DNA of 64,000 nt from Ranitomeya imitator (Eukaryota): positions 55,676,001-55,740,000 of the forward strand of contig NC_091289.1 of assembly GCF_032444005.1 (NCBI RefSeq). Reading direction: 5' to 3'. Position numbers and translations under genes: made by a program. The stretch's first letter is position 1; each line of letters begins with the position of its first letter. Shown here in pieces: positions 57,649 through 64,000 of the stretch. The notes under the pieces were generated by a model. It had not been told where the DNA came from and searched no databases. It worked only from the letters and a program-made list of their open reading frames with translations.

Positions 57649-59069
57649 TCTATCTACGAATTATCACAGTGGCAATTGTTGACTTGTTTTCGTGAATAAA
57701 TCTGGCATATACCTTTTTGCATCATACCAGTTTCGAGTGTGCGGTATTTTTTCTTCTACTATTGACTTGACCACACGGTCTGTTTTACCAACACCTCCGT
57801 GTCCTTGACCAGAGTGCACACCATTATCCTTGTTCATTTATTTACAATATGACTATAGGATTAGTAATGGATAAGTGTCTGATAGATGCCTCTCCATTAC
57901 TAACCCGTGGGCTTTATGTCACCTGACAATACAAAGGTGACATCAAACCAACAAATATTACTCCACTTGCCACCGCTACAGGGCAAGTGGGAAGAGATGG
58001 TCAAAGCGGCAGAATTGGTGCATGTACTAGATGTGCCTTTTCTGTGTGGCTGTGGGCTGCTATTTTTAGACTGGGCACGTTGCCTGCTTTAGCTTGGCTG
58101 GTTGTTAAAAATGGGTTGTACTCCATGCCGTTTTTAAAAATTATTCATTCAAATAATTAAAAAATATGGCATGGGGACCCCTCTCTTCTGGATAACAAGC
58201 CTTGCTGAAGCGGACAGCTGAGGATTGCAGCCCGCAGCTGTCTGTTTTACCTGGCTGGATATCAAAAGTATAGGGGAAACCACGCCTTTTTAAAATGTAT
58301 TTATAGAGCTGGCGGCTGATGAATACTCCCATCAGCTGCCACCTGCTCTCACTGTTATTAGCGGCAGCAGGTGTAGGATGATGGGAGTAGTAGTTCCACC
58401 AGCTGCTGCCTGCTCTCATAGTTATCAGAGGAGTATAACTCTCAACATTCTTCCCTGCTCGCGCTGATCGCTGGCAGAGCAGGGGAGAATGTGAGATGTC
58501 TTCAGCTCCCAGCGCTAACTGTACTGCTGCTTCCCAGGTGCCGGTACGTGTCACACTGATGGCACATGGATGTCGACCATGTGTCATCAGTATGCACGAC
58601 ATTTTGCAGCCCATGCTGCTATTAAAAAAACAACATGTCAGCGTATTTTGACCTCGGACACACTGTTCGTGGAAACACACTGACATGTGCACAGACCCAT
58701 TTGCTTGAATTGATCTACGTGTATAAGTGTCTCCGGTACATCTGGAAACTGTCACCACACGTACCTGACACACTGACGTCTGAAAAAGGCCTATAACAAA
58801 GGATTAGAGTAAGCAGCAGCCACTTTATGCATTTCTTTTTTAAATAGTTTTTTGATTATTGCTTTTCGTAATATATAACATTACACAGATCTCTAATTGT
58901 TCAGTTTTGATAGAATTCAAATTTTCTTGTATGTGCACAAGTCTCGGCCAGTGACGGAGCACAGCCGACAGAATCACCAGAATCTACATTACAAAAGTGA
59001 CAAAAATTACACCAGAAATGTTCTCCGGTGACCCTGGACATTCCTGTAATAATTCATATCACCACTGTG

Positions 59070-59448
59070 TTGTATATGATGACTGTCTGTTGCACTGTTA
59101 TGAGAACTGTCGGTTGCGCTTTTTTATGATTGTCGGTTGCACTCTATTATGATGACTGTCGGTTGCGCTGTTATGGTGACTGTGCTTTGCGCTCTATTAT
59201 GATGACTGCTTTGCGCTCTATTATGATGACTGTGCTTTGCGCTCTATTATGATGACTGTGCTTTGCGCTCTATTATGATGACTATCAGTTGCTCTCTGTT
59301 ATGATGACTCAGTTGCTCTCTGTTATGAGGACTGTTGCTCGCGCTCTATTATGATGACTGTCAGTTGCTCTATTATGATGACTGTCAGTAGCTCTCTGTT
59401 ATGAGGACTGTCGGTTGCATGCTGTTATGGTGACTGTCGCTTGCGCTC
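59070..59448. repeat. Variable minisatellite, left part (unit about 22-27 bp, TATGATGACTGTCGGTTGCGCTCT)
   Basis: Same unit as 61127-62000. Split by the TRT element at a TA. Confidence 0.9.
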
Positions 59449-59450
59449 TA

Positions 59451-61124
59451 CACTATGTTCCAAATTATTAAGCAAATTACATTTTTCTCGGATTTTACTA
59501 AATGGTCTGTGTAAATGACAGTGAGTCTAATAAAAGTCATCACCCGTTAGACTATACATCAAATTTTATTGAAGAAACCTCCCAATGATAACAGTATAAT
59601 CTCCAAAATGAATAAAAACTCAAAATGCACTGTTCCAAATTATTAGGCACAGTAGAATTTATAAACATTTGATGTTTTAAAGAACTGAAAATGCTCATTT
59701 GTGGAATTTGCAGCATTAGGAGGTCCCATTCACTGAACAAAAAAGCTATTTAACTCCAATTTGATACAGGAAAGAATTTGCAATTTGTTACCATCTTTTC
59801 AGTTAGCCATTAAAAGGTATCAACCACTGAGGACTCTCAATTCTAACAAAAATTTTATTTAACTCCAAAACATCCTAATAGCCAAGTTACATGTTAACAT
59901 AGGACCCTTCCTTGATATCACCTTCACAATTCTTGCATCCATTGAACTTGTGAGTTTTTGCAGAGTTTCTGCTTGTATTTCTTTGCATGAAGTCAGAATA
60001 GCCTCCCAGAGCTGCTGTTTTGATGTGAACTGCCTCCCACCCTCATAGATCTTTGTGCTGGATGATACTCCAAAGGTTCTCTATAGGGTTGAGGTCAGGG
60101 AAAGATGGTGGCCACACCATGAGTTTATCTCCTTTTATGCCCATAGCAGCCAATGACTCAGAGGTATTCTTTGCAGCATGAGATGGGGCATTGTCATGCA
60201 TGAAGATGATTTTGCTCCTGAAGGCACATTTCTGCTTTTTATACCATGGAAGAAAGTTGTCAGTCAGAAACTCTATATACTTTGCAGAGGTCATTTTCAC
60301 ACCTTCAGGTACCTTAAAGCGCCCTATCAGCTGTTTCCCCATGATTCCGGCCCAAAACATGACTCCTCCACCTCCTTGCTGACGTCGCAGCCTTGTTGGG
60401 ACATTGTGGCCTCCACAAACCATCCACTACTCCATCCATCTGGACCATCCAGGGTTGCTCGACACTCATCAGTAAACAAGACTGTTTGAAAATTAGTCTT
60501 CATGTATGTCTGGGCCCACTGCAACCGTTTCGGCTTGTGAACACTGTTTAGGGGTGGCCGAATAGTAGGTTTATGCACCACAGCAAGCCTTTGAAGGATC
60601 CTACACCTTGAGATTCGAGGGACTTCAGAGGCACCAGCAGCTTCAAATATCTGTTTGCTGGTTTGTAATGGCTTTTTAGCGACTGCTCTCTTAATCCGAT
60701 GAACTTGCCTGGCAGAAACCTTCCTCATTCTACCTTTATCAGCACAAACATGTCTGTGCTCAGATTCAGCCAAAAATCTCTTAACAGTACGATGATCACG
60801 CTTAAGTTTTCGGGAAATATCTCATGTTTTCATCCCTTGACCAAGGCATTGCACTAGTTGATGCTTTTCAGCAGCAGAGAGATTCTTTTTCCTTCCCATG
60901 TTACTTAAAAACTGTGGCCTGCATAATAATGTGGAACATCATTTTTAAGTAGTTTTCCTTTAATTAGAATCACCTGGAAAACTAATTATCACGTGTTTAA
61001 GATTGATTTCAGTGATCCATTGAGCCCTGACACACAATAACATCCACGAGTTTATTTGAAAAACAAAACAATTAAATCTTTAAGAAACTTAAATCCAATT
61101 TGCATAATAATTTGGAACACAGTG
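59451..61124 (-). mobile_element. Tc1-related DD37E (TRT-type) transposon, full length and decayed
   Basis: TA TSD. TIR CACTGTGTTCCAAATTATTATGCAAATT, with 2 changes in the left copy. 37 residues lie between the catalytic D (HDN) and E (NPIE). Confidence 0.9.
59887..60899 (-). pseudogene. DD37E transposase pseudogene
   Basis: MGRKKNLSAAEK start with an early in-frame TGA. Motifs VLFTDECR, GGGGVMFWAG, FMHDNAPSH and PDLNPIENLW. Frameshifts present. Confidence 0.9.
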
Positions 61125-61126
61125 TA

Positions 61127-62000
61127 ATATGACTGTCGGTTGGTCGACCTCTTTTATGATGACTGACAGTTGCTCTGTTATGACTGTCGGTTGCGCTCTG
61201 TTATGACTGTCTGTTGCGCTCTATTATAACGGTCAGTGACGCTCTTTTATGACTGTTGGGTGCTCTGTTATGATTACTCGGTTGCTCTCGGTTATGATGA
61301 CTGTCGCTTGCTCTGTTATGACTGTCGCTTGCTCTGTTATGACTGTCGCTTGCGCTCTATTATGATGACTGTCGGTTGTGCTCTGTTATAATGACTGTCA
61401 GTGGTGCTCTTTTATGACTGTCGGTTGCGCTCTGTTATAATGACTGTCAGTGGCGCTCTTTTATGATGACTGTCGCTTGTGCTCTATTATGATGACTGTC
61501 AGTTGCTCTGTTATAACTGTCAGTGTTGCTCTTTTACGACTGTCGATTGCACTCTATTATGACTGTCTGTTGTGCTGTTATGATGACTGTCGCTTGCGCT
61601 CTATTATGATGACTGTCAGTTGCTCTCTGTTATGATGACTGTCTGTTGCATGTAGTTATTGTGACTGTCGCTTGCGCTCTATGACTGTCGGTTGGTCGAC
61701 CTCTTTTATGACGACTGTTGCGCTCTATAACTGTCAGTGGCGCTCTCTGTTATGATGACTGTCGCTTGCGCTCTGTTATGATGACTGTCAGTTGTGCTCT
61801 TTTATGACTGTCGGTTGCTCTCTGTTATGATGACTGTCAGTTGCGCTCTTTTATGACTGTCGGTTGCTCTCTGTTATGACTGTCAGTTGTGCTCTTTTAT
61901 GACTGTCGGTTGCTCTCTGTTATGATGACTGTCAGTTGTGCTCTTTTATGACTGTCGGTTGCTCTCTATTATGATGACTGTCAGTTGTGCTCTTTTATGA
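61127..62000. repeat. Variable minisatellite, right part, ending just upstream of the POLR2F promoter
   Basis: Units (TA)TGATGACTGTC(G/A)GTTG(C/T)GCTCT with length variation. Confidence 0.92.
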
Positions 62001-62109
62001 TCACTGTTGCTTGCGCTTCAGAAATTCCATAGTGAGCCGTCTACATCGCAGTGGCCATTGGCTAAAATGAGGACCTCAAAAAATCACCTCAAATAGACTG
62101 AACCATTTG

Positions 62110-62318
62110 GGAGTCGTGGGCGGGAACATTGGGATACTTCCGGCCAGTGCGTGATGGGAGCGTGATGACGTATTTCCGGTTCGCGCAGAGCGCGGTAGGC
62201 GGGGCCAGTGCACGGAGTGTTTCCGGCTCAGAAGGCGGCGTGCGCTGCTCGGACGTGCGAGTGTGCTCGGCGTGTGGCCGATAGACAACGTCCCCGGCTG
62301 TAGCGGAGGAGCGCCGCC
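62110..62318 (+). promoter_or_regulatory. CpG-rich TATA-less promoter and 5' UTR of POLR2F
   Basis: ETS cores ACTTCCGG (62136), ATTTCCGG (62172) and TTTCCGG (62220). TGACGT at 62166. GC boxes at 62118 and 62198. Kozak GCCGCCATG. Confidence 0.8.
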
Positions 62319-62338
62319 ATGTCCGACAACGAGGATAA
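62319..62338 (+). CDS. POLR2F: First coding exon of RNA polymerase I/II/III shared subunit RPB6 (MSDNED, then N split by intron 1)
   Basis: ATG TCC GAC AAC GAG GAT AA|GTGAGT matches, from memory, the vertebrate RPB6 N-terminus MSDNEDNFDGDD and its short first coding exon. Strong Kozak and donor. Exon 2 is not in the window, so identity rests on only 20 nt plus context. Confidence 0.8.
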
Positions 62339-62602
62339 GTGAGTGTGGGGCCGGCAGCTAGGGCTGTGCTGACCGTGCGCCATTACCTCCACACCGTCAC
62401 TGAGGGAATGCGGACTGTGAGTCCCAGTCAGTGTCTGTGGAGTGTGGTATACAAGAACCCCCTATGAATACATGTTCATTAGCTCTGTGTATAATATGCG
62501 TGGCCGGGAATCCTGACAGTGCAGGTCTATGGCGCCCCTCAGTCTGAGCCAGGCTGGGGATCACGTGGTAGGTCACACAGCATCCTGAGTGTGCAGCGCT
62601 GT

Positions 62603-62619
62603 GCCGGCAGGGGGCGCTG
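62603..62619 (+). promoter_or_regulatory. CTCF-like motif in intron 1
   Basis: GCCGGCAGGGGGCGCTG is a close match to the CTCF core. Motif match only. Confidence 0.5.
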
Positions 62620-63582
62620 GATCCCAGAGACAGCATGTCACTGCACACTGCGCATGGCATAGCCTCCGCTGCCTTTGGGCTGTGATCATGGTGACAACAC
62701 CGGCATGTGACCGCTGTCCTGGCCCAACAGTGTGTCCTCTGATTGGCTGTTCAGGTCACAGGTCCGTACACAACATTATCACAAGTGGGTCCTGCTGCTC
62801 AAACAGCTAGGGATGTAATGGGTAACAGGGTTATCTCACCCCCAAAAAGTGGTCCTTAGAATAACAGATTGGACCCCATAGAATCCGGGCTGGGTAATCT
62901 TGAATGAAGCAGATGTGTGCATGCTCAGCTTCACAAAGACAGCCAGAGATAGCGGAGTGCTGTACACGGCCGTCACATGGATTCTGAGCACAGTGGAGGC
63001 TGAGCGTGCGCCATTCATGGACTGAGACTGCTGGAAGTGGTAGTGCTGTTCTCAGCAGTTACATAGACAATGAATGGACACGGAGCATGTGCATGGTTTG
63101 TGTTCTTCCTCTGTCATTGGATGTCTGTCATGTGATTTGCATACCTGTGGTCACTTTCTGTACTGTAAGTCACACAGATAAGTTACCTCTTCCTTATCTC
63201 TATGTTGGATACAGCAGTAAGATGAGTGTTGTATACAGCAGATCAGAGTGTGGAGAGGGGGGAAAGCATCTGCATGGCAAAGATCATAGTGTGTAGATCA
63301 GGAGGAAAGCACATGAAGGGGAAGACATTATAGGAGTGAAGTGTGGCTAATACACGAGCTAGTGACAAGCGGCACTCTGGACTCCTCACATCCAGGGATT
63401 CACTCGCAAGGGGAATGGAGATTGCTGAATAAAACTTACTGTAACTCTTTAACTAAAGGTAACATGAGTGTCTGGCAGGAGGACTGGCCTTGTTGCCCCA
63501 AACAGATTGTCCTCCCAACGTATGTCTGTTATCCGCTGCACTTAATAAATGAAGCCAGTGTGTAGTACCGGAGTGTCCTTAA

Positions 63583-64000
63583 CCCCTTTACCCCCAAGGG
63601 TGGTTTGCACGTTAATGACCAGGCCAATTTTTACAATTCTGACCACTGTCCTTTTATGAGGTTATAACTCTGGAACGCTTCAACGGATCCCAGTGATTCT
63701 GAGATTGTTTTCTTGTAACATATTGTACTTCGTGATAGTGGTAAAATTTCTTCGATATAACTTGTGTTTATTTGTGAAAAAAACGGAAATTTGGCGAAAA
63801 TTTTGAAAATTTCGCAATTTTCCAACTTTGAATTTTTATTCTGTTAAACCAGAGAGTTAAGTGACACAATATAGTTAATAAATAACATTACCCACATGTC
63901 TACTTTACATCAGCACAATTTTGGAAACAAAATTTTTTTTTTCTAGGAAGTTACAAGGGTTAAAATTTGACCAGCAATTTCTCATTTTTACAACAAAATT
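63583..64000 (+). mobile_element. piggyBac-type non-autonomous element, left part; runs off the window
   Basis: TTAA|CCCCTTTACCCCCAAGGG start. The terminus is similar to that of 45363-46478. Confidence 0.65.

Larger units (their letters stand above)
57031..57836 (+). mobile_element. Truncated, inverted Penelope-like insertion (327-bp arms) with a 14-bp TSD
   Basis: Arms 57031-57357 and 57432-57758 are reverse complements with about 3 mismatches. Spacer 74 bp, tail 78 bp. TTTATTTACAATAT is duplicated at 57017-57030 and 57837-57850. Carries a PLE-type hammerhead motif. No coding sequence confirms the family. Confidence 0.75.
56470..58790 (+). mobile_element. Unclassified interspersed repeat hosting the Penelope-like insertion; boundaries approximate
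   Basis: Similarity to 40750-41700 resumes across the 57031-57836 insertion. Confidence 0.45.

Overview
Repeat-dominated vertebrate intergenic DNA. An anuran (frog) origin is inferred from the transposon complement and cannot be proven here. The only recognisable host coding sequence is the 20-nt first coding exon of POLR2F (RPB6; MSDNED/N, 62319-62338, + strand), behind a CpG-rich ETS/CRE/GC-box promoter at the right end. A second, leftward-facing candidate promoter (RFX X-box plus splice donor, about 690-760) sits at the left end between two G/C-skewed minisatellites. Positions about 3983-36052 hold roughly 22 kb of strongly pyrimidine-skewed, variable-unit (TCC)n-anchored tandem array. It has two related unit types and several kb-scale higher-order duplications, and it carries three Tf1/sushi-group chromovirus insertions. 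These are a solo LTR, a full-length element (B) with one nonsense codon in integrase, and an internally deleted element (C) with an open in-frame Gag-integrase-chromodomain fusion. A fourth related solo LTR lies at 53389. All four insertions have 6-bp target duplications, and B and C show a self-priming (tRNA-independent) PBS. The right half is a mosaic of Harbinger, Kolobok and piggyBac-type MITEs, two Helitrons, decayed Tc1, TRT (DD37E) and mariner elements, and Penelope-like fragments. One of these is a young 806-bp inverted Penelope-like insertion whose minimal hammerhead motif shows an A3:U8 compensatory core. The many long ORFs in the arrays are judged compositional artefacts. All coordinates and mismatch counts were read by eye, and no database searches were run.
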